Below are positions 10,784 to 21,448 of a DNA stretch of 64,000 nucleotides, piece after piece. Source of the DNA: Oligoflexales bacterium (GTDB lineage: Bacteria > Bdellovibrionota_B > Oligoflexia > Oligoflexales > JAPPIL01); NCBI GenBank assembly GCA_965215515.1, contig OZ244057.1:1728001-1792000 (forward strand). The letters run 5' to 3'. Both the position numbers and the translations under genes were made by a program. Below the pieces are notes generated by a model. It was not told the DNA's origin and did not search any database. It was given only the letters and a program-made list of their open reading frames with translations. How positions within the stretch are numbered: the stretch's first letter is position 1; every line of letters starts with the position of its first letter.

Positions 10784-11755
10784 TTATGGAACAGTAATCG
10801 CGACAGGATCAGTATACTCCCAACGCCCCGAAACCTCTGAGAAACCACCGACACGCAGCTTATACGAGCCCGCCATGACCCCGCTGAGCTGCACTGAAGT
10901 TCCTACCGTGGCGAAACGATAGTTGGGGTTAGAAAAATCGCCTGCAGAAATTTCCACCCGATAGTAGGAAATTTTTTCATCACCCATCCACGACACACTG
11001 CCATCGCCGCCGATGGATTCCCCCGCACTAGGTTGTGACAATGCGATATTGCGACGCGGCGGCGCACTGATGGTAAACGACTGCGTCTTGCCATACGAGC
11101 TGCCGTCGGCATTTTCTAACCGCCAATACCACCTGCCAGGCCAGGCATCCCGCAAACCGTAACTGTTATTGCCACTCACCCGTATGCGCAGCTCTGGTGA
11201 AGACATGCTGCTGCGCCGTGCGAACACGATGTAGTCGGCAGCACCCTCCCATTGAAAAAGCGCATCGCCCGTCGTTTCATCGTAGCCGCGCATCTGTCCG
11301 CTGCTCGGCATAACAGCTTGCATGTCACCGCGCACACCCATCATCTCCATCTCGGGTACCGCCATGGTCTCGGCAGGCATGGCTTCCTCGGCAGGCATGG
11401 CTTCCTCGGCAGGCATGACCTCCTCGGCAGGCATGGTGTCCCTCACGGGCAGATCTGCGGGCGGTGTAACCACCTCGCTAGCAAGCTCTTCTCCAGGCAA
11501 GGGTGGCACGACTACATTTTTCTCGCTCCCATCGCTGAAAACAAAGAAGACGGCGGCGAGAACGAGCAGCAATGCCGCGGCTGCACCGCCGATAATCATG
11601 TACTTTTTGCGGTTCGAGTCGGAGAACGTTCCCTCGCTGAACAACCGCGAAACGGCACTAGTGCTCGCACCAGCAGTGCCTCCTCCCAACCCAAGTTCGT
11701 TGGTTTCGAGATTTTCCGATTCAAAATCGTCTTGCTGTGTTTCTCCAAGCATCAT
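10784..11755 (-). CDS. Single-pass membrane protein with acidic PAEE(A/V)M repeats and beta-rich C-terminal domains
   Basis: TM segment YMIIGGAAAALLLVLAAVFFVF; 18-bp repeats at ~11370-11435; GGGAGAG RBS before ATG 11755. Confidence 0.7.
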   Translation of the reverse strand: MMLGETQQDDFESENLETNELGLGGGTAGASTSAVSRLFSEGTFSDSNRKKYMIIGGAAAALLLVLAAVFFVFSDGSEKNVVVPPLPGEELASEVVTPPADLPVRDTMPAEEVMPAEEAMPAEEAMPAETMAVPEMEMMGVRGDMQAVMPSSGQMRGYDETTGDALFQWEGAADYIVFARRSSMSSPELRIRVSGNNSYGLRDAWPGRWYWRLENADGSSYGKTQSFTISAPPRRNIALSQPSAGESIGGDGSVSWMGDEKISYYRVEISAGDFSNPNYRFATVGTSVQLSGVMAGSYKLRVGGFSEVSGRWEYTDPVAITVP

Positions 11756-12103
11756 CTCTCCCTTTGGCAAAGAAAACGACCTGCCAGGACACTCGGATGA
11801 GTGTCTTCTCAACTTTAGGGGCGTGAAAAATAAAATTTGCTCGCGTTTGGCAAATTGTTCAATAAACACACTGAACAACCGCCTCTTCAAGGTAGTATGT
11901 CATCAAGCTGGACACTGGTGCGAACGCACGGCAAAGAAAGCACGTCTGCGTGATACATCATGATGAAACAGTTCATTCTGATGACATGTTGCACACTGTG
12001 TTAGTATTGAAGTGTAGCAAGTTCTCCGTGTATGACATAACCGCGAGAATGGCTTGGCGTGTGCTTGCCGCGCTTCTCGTCATGAATACACAATGGGTCT
12101 ATT

Positions 12104-15100
12104 TTGAAGAAATCGTATCGCATCTGGCTGGCGGTGCTCGTCGTCGGCGCGTTTCTGGTCTTCTTTGGTGACCTGGCACTCGATCGCACCCTCAACTCCG
12201 CCCTTTTGCGGACGCTGCTGCAAGATAAAATCGGAGCAATGCTAGGTCTTACCTTCGATTATCGTGCGGTGCGGGTCTCCTTCCTCCCTTTGGGGATAGA
12301 ATTTCGGGACATCGAGGCACGCCGTGCCGACGAGCAAGAATTTCGTGCCACACGCGCGACCGCGGATCTCTCGTGGTGGTCGTTGTTCATGGGCACACCC
12401 AAAGTCGGCAACTTTCGCATCGAGAAGCCTGTCGTGCGCTTCACGCGACAATCTACGGAGACGGCGACCGCGGCGAACAACACAGAAAATACTGTATGGC
12501 ACTGGCCGCAGCTGGTCACACACAGGCTGGAACGTCTCAGTATCAGTGACCCTGATCTGCTTTTAGATTTCACCTCGGCCGCGGGGCAACACCACCTGCT
12601 CAGCGTGCAAGGCGGTGAACTACGGCTTGACTTTCGTTCCCCCGCCAAAGTGCTGATCACACTACATCTCGATGCGGTCAACTACCGTCACGACGACAAG
12701 CAGCGCGTGCAGGACTTGTCGCTTGCGGCTGAGGGCGAGCTTGGCGGGCAGGGGTTTGCTTTCAACATCGAGCGATTGCACGCCAACCATATCGAACAAC
12801 TGCGAGGTAAAGTGCAAGGCAGCACGGTCGTTAACGCACAGGGGGAGATGACCGCTCCGCTACAAGTGCAGGGTGATTTTGCGCTGCGCGGTGATCTTGC
12901 ACTGCTCGACACACTGCTCAACATCGAGCGCAGTCAGGGACGCAGCCGCGCAGACTTCAGCCTCGCGATGCGTTTTGCCCCCGACTCGGCAGTCGCTTTC
13001 AGGGCGGAGGGGCGCGCAAAAGTGACACAGGCAGTGCTCGGCGGGATCAAGGTGCATGACAGCGAGGCATATTTGACTGTCACTCCTCGACAGTTACGTT
13101 TCCGAGATGGCAGGCTCATCGTCGCGGGCCAGCCCCGCGGTACTTTCCGCGGCGTGATAAACTTCGCTGCCCCTGTTATCTTTGACTTCGAGGGGACGAT
13201 CACACCGCTACCCTTTGCTGAGTTGATGTCTACCTTCAACACTGAACTCGACCTGTTCAACTTCGACATCGCGACTCCCCATGTGCACGTGCACGGCACG
13301 GGGAAACCTTTTTCGCTACAGGTGCAGGCGAACACGCACCTTTCGGCAGTGCAAATCTACACCCTGCGCAACCACCGCCCTCCCCCCGTCTGTGCGCTGC
13401 AACTCGACCTCCGTTCCGATCGCCAGCACCTGCACTTCCAGCATTTGCGTGGCAGCTGCACTCGCGGGGGACACGACTCTGGGGCACTCGCCCTGCACGG
13501 CAAGATTGCCTACGGTACGGGACAACTCGATCTGCACATCACCGCACCAGCTTTAAACCTCGCCGCACTGGATTTTCTCTCTCCCCAAACACTGCGAGGG
13601 GAGGGGGCGTTAACGACCACCCTCCGTGGCACAGGCAGTGGAGTGGTGGTCAGTAGCAAAATCGCGCTGCGCAACGTACAGCTGAACGACCACAAGATAG
13701 GTGCTATCGTCGGGGAATTGGACTTTCATCGCCATTTCGTCGCGTGGCGGGCGGTGCGTCTGCGCGCGGCACACGGGGGAGAAGTACTGTCATCGCGGGG
13801 TAGGCTTACCTACGCGGATTTGCGTTTCAATGCGCACCTCACGGGGCATGATATGCGTGCCGTTGACCTGCAGCCCTTGCTGCAACAGGCGAAGTTACCG
13901 TTGTCGTTCGGGATCGACAAGCTTACCGCGCGGCTGTCTGGTTTTCTGCCCTTCCCGCTCGCGTATCGAGGTACACTGCGAGCACAGGTGCGGGAGCTGC
14001 GGGCAACAGAGGGTGAAAGGATTGCCGATGCCGCTAGTTTCGCGGTCGAGACGGGTAAACGCGGCTGGCGGCTGACTCTACACAGTTTGCAGCGCGGGGC
14101 ATTGATGCTGCATGGCACGGTTACGCAGCGGCGGCGGGTCACTCTGGTGCGGGAAAAGTTTGCTGCCTCGCCGCATCTGTGGGAACGTCTCGGCCTGAGT
14201 CGTCGGGATAGACTACGGGTGCAGCTCAGCGCACAGCAGAAGGACAAAACAGCACAGCAACTGCCGTATCTCGGTGAGTATTTTGCGGCACGTTTCACCG
14301 TTTTCCGCCTCAAGTTAGCGGGCGCGGTGCAGAATCTACGCGGCGAAGTACAGGCGGAGCTCGCTACCGTCATGTTGGCGGGGCTACAACTCGGCACGTT
14401 GCGTCTCGCGGGGGAAGTCGATGGCGGCACGGTGGCGGTACAGCTGCACAATGCCACGCGTAGTTTGTGGGGACAGGTGCAGGTAGATTTGGCGGTGGCA
14501 CAACTGCCGTTCACCTGGCAGTTGTCGTGCGATGCCTTCGATATGCGGCAGTTGTGGGGACACGATGGTGACGAGAACAACTATGCACGTGTGAGCGGGC
14601 GGTGGGATATGCGGGGCAAGTTGTTACGATGGTTCGATGCCAGTGGGGAAGTGTCGCTTGCGACATTGCAGGTGCGGCATCGTTCTGATCCCACCAGAGA
14701 GCGGGCTTTCTCGCTGCGCTTGCAAGAGCCGCGGCGTATTTTGTTCACGCGTGGTGAGCTAGCGGTGGTAGGAGATAAGAAAATCACCTTCCACAGCGGC
14801 GACTCGCTATTGGTGCTGACAGCGCTCCCTGAGAGCACATTGCGGCAGCCGAGATTGGATGTGCACGGGGTGATCGACACTGCAATTCTGCCGCACTTCT
14901 TGGACGAGGTAGATATCTCGACAGGTTTTTTGCAGTTGGATGGCAAGCTGCGTTGGCAGCGCAATGAATCGCAATTCAGTCTGGAGGTGGAACGTCTATC
15001 TCCGCTGGCCATCAGTGTTGCAGGTCTACGTCCTGCTTTTAACGACATCGATATCCGTGCCAGCTATCGCCGCGGGACGTTGCGCATCGAGAAACTACAG

Positions 15101-16195
15101 GGGCGCAAGGGTGAGGGCTTGATCGTAGCGCAGGGCGAGATTCATTGGCGTGACAGGGAGCAGAGTTTCTTGCAACTTGATTTGCGCAATGCCCACTTCA
15201 TTCATCCTATTCTGGGGTTCAAGAACACGGAGTTGCATCTCGATGGGGATTTGACGCTCAGGTGGCGTGAGCTACCGCTTGCTTTAGAGGGGAAGTTGAC
15301 GGTGACCAGAGCTTCTAATTTCAGCGATTTCGACATCCGCAAGGTAATTCTGGCCAGCTTCGGGGGGAAAAAATACCGTTCTACGTCGTCGCTCCGCGCG
15401 GCGACGGTTAACTTTGACCTCAACATCGTTGCTGATCGATCCTTGACCATCGAGAACCGTAACATGCAAGCGCAGCTGTCGGCACGTCTGCTGTTGCGCG
15501 GCGATAACGTCACGCCGCAGCTCAGCGGGTTTGTGAAAATCGAGCGCGGGCGGTTTGTCTATCGCCGCAGTTTTAGTTTGACTAGGGGCATGATAAGTTT
15601 CGACGGCGGGCGGCGTATCGATCCGCACCTCGACATTCGGGCGACCAGTGAAGTCTCTCCCTATGTTGTCGATTTGCTCATCACAGGCACGGCCTCCGAG
15701 CCTATCGGAGAACTTACGGTTACGCCTGCGTTGCGCGACGACGGCACGACCATCAGCAAGGCGGATATTCTGATGTTGTTGAGTCGAGGTGCGCTGCCCG
15801 ATCCTGATAAGTCACTCACCGACACGGGCAGTGCGGGTTTTTCGGAGGTGACCAACGTGTTGGTAGGGCAATTCGAGCAACCGCTGGAAGATCTTCTGAA
15901 ACGGTCTGGGCAGGATGTCATCAGTCGCATCTTTATCAACACGTATGTTTCGCCCGAAGGGGTGCTGTATCCGAAATTAACCGCACCGATAAACCTGCCG
16001 TGGCGAGATTGGGGGTTGAGTTTGCAGGTCGATCCCTACATGTGGAAGTTGTTGACCGAGTATCCCATTCACGACAGTATCACACTGTCGGGTAGTATTT
16101 CGGGGCGTAGTCGCGATGACGAAGAAAAGTTGGAAACGCGGGACAGTGCTAATGATCAGGCGGTGGATCTCAAGTTTCGCTTTAGCATTCCCTAG
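12104..16195 (+). CDS. tamB: Translocation/assembly module TamB (AsmA-like) protein
   Basis: 1363 aa with an N-terminal TM anchor, beta-rich body and DUF490-like C-terminus (IDPHLDIRA...DILMLLSRG); adjacent to an Omp85 gene. Confidence 0.85.
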   Translation: MKKSYRIWLAVLVVGAFLVFFGDLALDRTLNSALLRTLLQDKIGAMLGLTFDYRAVRVSFLPLGIEFRDIEARRADEQEFRATRATADLSWWSLFMGTPKVGNFRIEKPVVRFTRQSTETATAANNTENTVWHWPQLVTHRLERLSISDPDLLLDFTSAAGQHHLLSVQGGELRLDFRSPAKVLITLHLDAVNYRHDDKQRVQDLSLAAEGELGGQGFAFNIERLHANHIEQLRGKVQGSTVVNAQGEMTAPLQVQGDFALRGDLALLDTLLNIERSQGRSRADFSLAMRFAPDSAVAFRAEGRAKVTQAVLGGIKVHDSEAYLTVTPRQLRFRDGRLIVAGQPRGTFRGVINFAAPVIFDFEGTITPLPFAELMSTFNTELDLFNFDIATPHVHVHGTGKPFSLQVQANTHLSAVQIYTLRNHRPPPVCALQLDLRSDRQHLHFQHLRGSCTRGGHDSGALALHGKIAYGTGQLDLHITAPALNLAALDFLSPQTLRGEGALTTTLRGTGSGVVVSSKIALRNVQLNDHKIGAIVGELDFHRHFVAWRAVRLRAAHGGEVLSSRGRLTYADLRFNAHLTGHDMRAVDLQPLLQQAKLPLSFGIDKLTARLSGFLPFPLAYRGTLRAQVRELRATEGERIADAASFAVETGKRGWRLTLHSLQRGALMLHGTVTQRRRVTLVREKFAASPHLWERLGLSRRDRLRVQLSAQQKDKTAQQLPYLGEYFAARFTVFRLKLAGAVQNLRGEVQAELATVMLAGLQLGTLRLAGEVDGGTVAVQLHNATRSLWGQVQVDLAVAQLPFTWQLSCDAFDMRQLWGHDGDENNYARVSGRWDMRGKLLRWFDASGEVSLATLQVRHRSDPTRERAFSLRLQEPRRILFTRGELAVVGDKKITFHSGDSLLVLTALPESTLRQPRLDVHGVIDTAILPHFLDEVDISTGFLQLDGKLRWQRNESQFSLEVERLSPLAISVAGLRPAFNDIDIRASYRRGTLRIEKLQGRKGEGLIVAQGEIHWRDREQSFLQLDLRNAHFIHPILGFKNTELHLDGDLTLRWRELPLALEGKLTVTRASNFSDFDIRKVILASFGGKKYRSTSSLRAATVNFDLNIVADRSLTIENRNMQAQLSARLLLRGDNVTPQLSGFVKIERGRFVYRRSFSLTRGMISFDGGRRIDPHLDIRATSEVSPYVVDLLITGTASEPIGELTVTPALRDDGTTISKADILMLLSRGALPDPDKSLTDTGSAGFSEVTNVLVGQFEQPLEDLLKRSGQDVISRIFINTYVSPEGVLYPKLTAPINLPWRDWGLSLQVDPYMWKLLTEYPIHDSITLSGSISGRSRDDEEKLETRDSANDQAVDLKFRFSIP

Positions 16196-19076
16196 CCGCA
16201 GTCTTTGGGCTGTGTTGTTGCTGTGGTGGGGGGAGGTGCAGGGACAGGCGGCCGCCTGGACGATCGAGGGATTCTCTTTACCCGCCACGGAATTCAGTGA
16301 GTTGCAAGCCCGTTTTCCTCGACTCGATACAGCTACCGAGCTTCAGCAGCTGCTGGAATATTTGGCACACCAGCGCAGGTTTGCCGAGTTGCGGATCATT
16401 CAGCGGAACGGCACGTGGGTGGTGCAGGGTGAATTGGCGGCGGAGATCACTGCCATCGACATCAGCACGGTTACCTATTATCTGCGCCGCGAGTTAGAGA
16501 CGATTACGGGCAAATATATCGGGCGGGTCGATTCGCTCACCAAGCGTTTACAATTGAAGCAGGAACTCAAGCGACTGCTGCGTGCCAAAGGATTTCCGCA
16601 AGCGACGGTAGTATTGCGGTCATTCCGAGAACAGGAGAAGGTGGGCTATCGGCTGCAGGTGGATAAAAATTATCCCTGTATTGTGAGCGAGATTGTGTTC
16701 CCTTTCGTCTTGCCTGATGATTTTGAGTTGGCGGTAAAGAGCGGCGATCTCTGTGATCTCGGCGAGGTGCGTACCGCGGTGGAAGAGTTGCGCAAAGAGT
16801 TGCGTACGGCAGGTTATCGTGAGGTACGTTTACGTTTCGACAAGATAAGTTACGACACGACAGCACGGCAAGGCGCAGTTGAACTGTCGGGGCAGTTAGG
16901 GAAAAAGATCACCTACGTTTTTGTCGATGAGGATGGCGATCCCCTGGCAGATTTTTTTCTCGAAGATGTGAACACCGAAGTAACGGTAGGCGGACAAGAG
17001 GCGTTAGCGGCGGCACTGCAGCGCCGTTTGCGCAGTCGTGGGTATGTGCAGGCTAGCGTCGCGTCCCCGACCATCGAGACTACCGCGGCAGCGACCACCT
17101 ATCGTTATGTCGTTGCCGTGGGGGAGAAATTCAACCTGCTGGCAGTGCGCTTTGTCGGCACTAACTTTATCACCGCGGCACGTGCCGCGGCACTGGCCGA
17201 TATCGAAGAATTTTCGCAAGAGGAAGTACGGGCGGGGCTGGCTCGTCTCTCGGCTTTTTACCGTGAGCATGGTTTTCCGCAGGTACAGATGCGTGAGGCG
17301 CGGCCTGATTATGACATGCGGGCGAAGACCGTGCGGTTGGTGATCACGGTGAACGAAGGGCAGCAACGGCACTTCAGTTACTTGACGGTGCAGGGGAATC
17401 GCTTCCTGAGCACGCAGCAGATCCGTGCCATGCTGGCGGTCGAGGAGGGCGATGCTTTAGATCAGCGTAAGGTACGAGAGTTTGAGCAGAATTTAGTCGC
17501 GGCGTATCAGCGGTACGGTTTTACTTATGCCCAGCTGGAGCTAAAAATAGACGTGCCCGATGTCACCAGCACTGCGACACGGTTGGTGTTGGAGGTGACG
17601 GAGAATCAGCGGATGAGGTTCGGGGCGTTGCGGATAATCGGGTTACAGCGCACGCGGCGTAAGGTCGTGACCCGTGAGGTGCTGTTTAAGCACGGTGACT
17701 GGTACGATAACGAAAAGTTGGCCGCGACGGAACGAGCCTTGAGCAAGTTGGGTATTTTTAGTTTGGTGCAGGTATATGCCGAGCGCACAACCCCTGCCGA
17801 ACGGCAACGGGAGTACATCGGTGTCGTTATCGAAATCAAGGAAGGCAGGCCAGGGCAGTTGAGTTTTGGGCCTGGTTTTAGTTTTCGGCGTGGTTTGCGT
17901 TACAGTGCCAGCGTGGCGTGGAATAACATTCTGGGGACGGGGCGTAAGGTACGCTTGCGAGCCGCGTTCAGTGAGGAGCACCATCAGAAACCGATCGCGG
18001 TAGAGAGTTTACTCGGCACAAAAATGAGCGCTATTTATTTCGAGCCGTATTTTCTGAATTTTCCCCTGCTCGGTATTCTATCGTTGGTGCGTTCTGCCGA
18101 GGCGGATGAATATCAGCGCTTTAAAAGTTCAGCGGAAGGCACGTTAATTTACGAGTTGTTTACGGAAGGGAAGTTAAGTGTTTACTATGGACAAAAGGCA
18201 AACCGTACCAAGGGCACACAGGAACAAAAAACCAACCTTATTACTTCGCAAGAGGTACGTATTGGCGAGGCGGGAGTGCGTTTTTCGCTCGATCGCCGCG
18301 ATCGTGTCTCCTGGCCTGCTAAAGGTTTGACGCTTGATCTTGATTTAAGTTGGGCGCGCTATTTTCTTGCCAGCGATCTTGAGTATTTTAAATTTAATCT
18401 GGTCAACAACTATTTTTTCAGCTTGCAGCAGGATTTAGTGTTTGCCCTTTCGCTTTCTTACACATCCTACTCGCAGGTGCAGCGCAAACACAGTAAGGTG
18501 GGCATCTTACCAGCCTCGGAAAGACTGATGATCGGGGGCTCGGATTCGGTGCGGGGGTTTTCGGGAGCTAATAACTTAGGCCCGTATGTGCGTTACTACG
18601 ATGCGGAAGGCGGGCGTTATGAAAACGAGGTTACGGGTGGCACGCACAGGTCGTTGCTCAAGTTTGAAATCAGGTATCAGTTTCTGCGTGATTTTTTGGC
18701 TGCGAGTATATTTATCGACAGTGGCAATACTTTCTTCTCTGCTGCGGAAGAGCAGGAGTACCGTGATTTTCTTGCCGCGCAGGAACGTGCCGATGCACGT
18801 CAGCGTTCCGAATTGTATGATAACTTTAATTATAAACTGGGCGATCTGCTCACTAGGCCACAGTATTTGTTGACCAAACACTATATTGCGCAGGGGGTAG
18901 GGATAAACTACCTGAGCCCCATCGGTCTGGTCAATGTGGCATGGGGTTTCCCGCTCAGTCAACCGTGGGAGGAGGGTTGTCGGCAGTCGAGCTGGCACTG
19001 CCGCGATCGCAGGCTCGCCAAGCAGCACTGGTATCAGCGCGGGCGTTTCCACTTCAATGTCGGGGCACGGTTTTGA
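16152..19076 (+). CDS. Omp85 family outer-membrane protein (BamA/TamA) with POTRA repeats
   Basis: POTRA-like motifs (VQGNRFLS, IIGLQRTRRKVVTRE), GGSDSVRGF, FIDSGN and terminal FHFNVGARF. Confidence 0.9.
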   Translation: MIRRWISSFALAFPSRSLWAVLLLWWGEVQGQAAAWTIEGFSLPATEFSELQARFPRLDTATELQQLLEYLAHQRRFAELRIIQRNGTWVVQGELAAEITAIDISTVTYYLRRELETITGKYIGRVDSLTKRLQLKQELKRLLRAKGFPQATVVLRSFREQEKVGYRLQVDKNYPCIVSEIVFPFVLPDDFELAVKSGDLCDLGEVRTAVEELRKELRTAGYREVRLRFDKISYDTTARQGAVELSGQLGKKITYVFVDEDGDPLADFFLEDVNTEVTVGGQEALAAALQRRLRSRGYVQASVASPTIETTAAATTYRYVVAVGEKFNLLAVRFVGTNFITAARAAALADIEEFSQEEVRAGLARLSAFYREHGFPQVQMREARPDYDMRAKTVRLVITVNEGQQRHFSYLTVQGNRFLSTQQIRAMLAVEEGDALDQRKVREFEQNLVAAYQRYGFTYAQLELKIDVPDVTSTATRLVLEVTENQRMRFGALRIIGLQRTRRKVVTREVLFKHGDWYDNEKLAATERALSKLGIFSLVQVYAERTTPAERQREYIGVVIEIKEGRPGQLSFGPGFSFRRGLRYSASVAWNNILGTGRKVRLRAAFSEEHHQKPIAVESLLGTKMSAIYFEPYFLNFPLLGILSLVRSAEADEYQRFKSSAEGTLIYELFTEGKLSVYYGQKANRTKGTQEQKTNLITSQEVRIGEAGVRFSLDRRDRVSWPAKGLTLDLDLSWARYFLASDLEYFKFNLVNNYFFSLQQDLVFALSLSYTSYSQVQRKHSKVGILPASERLMIGGSDSVRGFSGANNLGPYVRYYDAEGGRYENEVTGGTHRSLLKFEIRYQFLRDFLAASIFIDSGNTFFSAAEEQEYRDFLAAQERADARQRSELYDNFNYKLGDLLTRPQYLLTKHYIAQGVGINYLSPIGLVNVAWGFPLSQPWEEGCRQSSWHCRDRRLAKQHWYQRGRFHFNVGARF

Positions 19077-19110
19077 CGCGACTAGGGCGTGTCGCCGCAC
19101 AGTGGCTTTT

Positions 19111-19256
19111 CCTGAGTTCCGCGGGTAAATCAGCATTGTTGCATAAATCGGTGTATATTCAGGCACTACAAAAAAGGAAGACAGACAAAACACCGCAAAA
19201 TCAGGCCTTCCGTCGCTCAAAAAATTAAATTAAGCGCCCTACCCACGGAGCTCAGG
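19111..19256. mobile_element. 146-bp MITE-like element with 17-bp terminal inverted repeats
   Basis: CCTGAGTTCCGCGGGTA at 19111 and TACCCACGGAGCTCAGG ending at 19256 match at 15/17 positions; the right ~100 bp is repeated at 4141-4237. Confidence 0.7.
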
Positions 19257-19451
19257 GCCGCGGTGCGTTGTCTGCCATCGGTTATGTACAGTCGGATCAT
19301 CAGCGGCTACAAGGATTACGATACGTTCTACGAAAGAGCTTATAACTTCTTGCGCAACTAGACCATCGCGGCAAGACTGGTGGCTATTCACCTGAGCCAC
19401 GATGCCGCGTGCCTGTCGTCGTGTGGGTGGGGAATAGTGTTGGCATGGTGA

Positions 19452-21056
19452 TTAAGAGTCGGGCTCGATAAAAGAGCGTAGTTTCTTACTACGTGATGGA
19501 TGACGTAACTTGTGCAAGGCCTTAGCTTCGATTTGCCGAATCCGTTCCCGTGTGACATTGAAACTCTGCCCTACCTGTTCAAGCGTATGATCGACATCTT
19601 CGCCAATACCGAAACGCATGCGCAGTACCTTCTCTTCACGCGGTGAAAGTGTCGCTAGTGTTTTGTGTGTTTGTGTGGCGAGACTCCCCGTTACCACACG
19701 TTCAGATGGTGTCGTCTGTGCCCTATCCTCAAGAAAATCACCGATGCAGTTATCATCATCACCGATCGGTGTTTCTAATGACAAAGGCTCGACGGCAATT
19801 TTAAACACCTTCTTGATTTTTTCGAGCGGTAAATTCATCCGCACAGCTATCTCTTCAGGAGTCGGATCACGTCCCATTTCCTGCATTAGAGTGCGGGAAG
19901 TGCGGATGAGTTTGTTGATTGTTTCAATCATATGCACAGGCACACGAATAGTGCGTGCTTGATCGGCTATCGCTCTCGTAATCGCCTGCCTTATCCACCA
20001 CGTCGCATAAGTGGAGAACTTATAACCACGCTTGTACTCAAACTTATCGACCGCTTTCATCAGACCGATGTTGCCCTCTTGAATCAAATCAAGAAACTGC
20101 AAACCGCGATTGTTGTAGCGCTTGGCAATGGACACCACAAGCCGTAAGTTGGCCTCGGCTAACTCGCGTTTGGAACTACTCGCCCGCTCCTGCGTCTGCT
20201 TGAGCTCTTCCAACGTGCCTGCGACTTTATCAACAGGCAAAGAAAGACTCGTGCACACCCGCTGCATCTCCTCGTAAGCTTTGCGCGCTTGCCCGATAAC
20301 AAGATCATTGCTGCTTGCCTTCGCCTCCTCCCCCTCACACACAAACAACGCCTGTAACTCCGCACCGCTCTGCTGCAACCTCTGCCCACAAGTGTGGAGA
20401 ACTTGCTGAGCACGTTTGAACAACGCAGCCTCTTTTTCAAGAAAAACAATAATAGAAACAATAAACTTCTTGTTAATCCCTAACTCTTGCAAGGCCAAAA
20501 AAATCTTTTCCTTGGTTGCAGCCTTGTCCTTCTTGGAATTCTGTAAATTTTTTGCAAAAGATGTGAGTTCAGTTATGGATTTGTTGATTTTAGCGAGGTT
20601 GGGATTGCTGCTATCGCCGTCATCATCGCTATCGAGCGACCTGATGAAATTACGCAACGCCGTTGTGCTTGCCAGCGATTTATGCGCTGCTTCGACAATC
20701 TTGTGCAACGCCGCAGGAATGTCGATTAGCTGTCGTAGTAAGTTGCTCTCTTCTTCCTCTATTTTGCGTGCGATCGCGATCTCCTGAGCACGACTCAACA
20801 GCGCGACATTACCCATTTTACGCAAATATATCTTCACTGGATCTCTAGAACGCGGCGGCGAGTTGTCAAAATTGTCGTGTGCTGCTCCCGTATACGAATG
20901 GCGACCACCACGCTCACCAAAAATAAAAGGGTCATGCCACACACTGCGCTCTTCGTCACGATTATCAGCAAACTCCGTTAAGCCTTCACCCGCATCACTA
21001 TCGGTATCGTTGCGCTGTCCATCGCTGCTGTCCACTACCCTTGCGTTCTGCCCCAT
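19452..21056 (-). CDS. rpoD: RNA polymerase sigma factor RpoD
   Basis: [65 protein letters not shown] and [14 protein letters not shown]. Confidence 0.97.
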   Translation of the reverse strand: MGQNARVVDSSDGQRNDTDSDAGEGLTEFADNRDEERSVWHDPFIFGERGGRHSYTGAAHDNFDNSPPRSRDPVKIYLRKMGNVALLSRAQEIAIARKIEEEESNLLRQLIDIPAALHKIVEAAHKSLASTTALRNFIRSLDSDDDGDSSNPNLAKINKSITELTSFAKNLQNSKKDKAATKEKIFLALQELGINKKFIVSIIVFLEKEAALFKRAQQVLHTCGQRLQQSGAELQALFVCEGEEAKASSNDLVIGQARKAYEEMQRVCTSLSLPVDKVAGTLEELKQTQERASSSKRELAEANLRLVVSIAKRYNNRGLQFLDLIQEGNIGLMKAVDKFEYKRGYKFSTYATWWIRQAITRAIADQARTIRVPVHMIETINKLIRTSRTLMQEMGRDPTPEEIAVRMNLPLEKIKKVFKIAVEPLSLETPIGDDDNCIGDFLEDRAQTTPSERVVTGSLATQTHKTLATLSPREEKVLRMRFGIGEDVDHTLEQVGQSFNVTRERIRQIEAKALHKLRHPSRSKKLRSFIEPDS

Positions 21057-21358
21057 GAAAAATTTCCCCTGAAAAATTAGATGGTTAAACAAAAAATTAA
21101 GACCGCAACGGCCACGTGCCGAAACGACACGCGGCTGAGGTGACCCCCTGCCGAAACTGGTATTGTTTAGGACAAGATTAGCTTATCAATGCAAGTGAGT
21201 CCAGTAAAAAATGTTTTATGCAATGAGAATGTTACCGCTCTTGATTTTTACTAGCTTGGGTGTGGTTAGCTGAAAAATTTATTTACAGAAAACAAAAAGT
21301 TATTTGCAAGTACTGAGTGCACCTCTGTACTAGATGTAAAAGTGCTCTTTGCTATTTT
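21053..21358. repeat. Copy 1 of a ~305-bp direct repeat (rpoD upstream region)
   Basis: Aligns to 22527-22831 with about a dozen differences. Confidence 0.95.
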
Positions 21359-21448
21359 GTCCTGAGTTTCGCATCTAGATTTGTAACACGTCGACACTAT
21401 TGGGATAGGTTTTTCCCGATGCACCACAACTTGTGGTCACTGCGGGTT

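Noticed and set aside
19284..19361. 25-aa ORF MYSRIISGYKDYDTFYERAYNFLRN after the MITE
   Set aside because: No clear RBS or family; may be a gene remnant but unsupported.
21115..21160. Hammerhead ribozyme suggested by CTGA...GAAAC
   Set aside because: The CUGANGA core is not met and is altered in the second copy.
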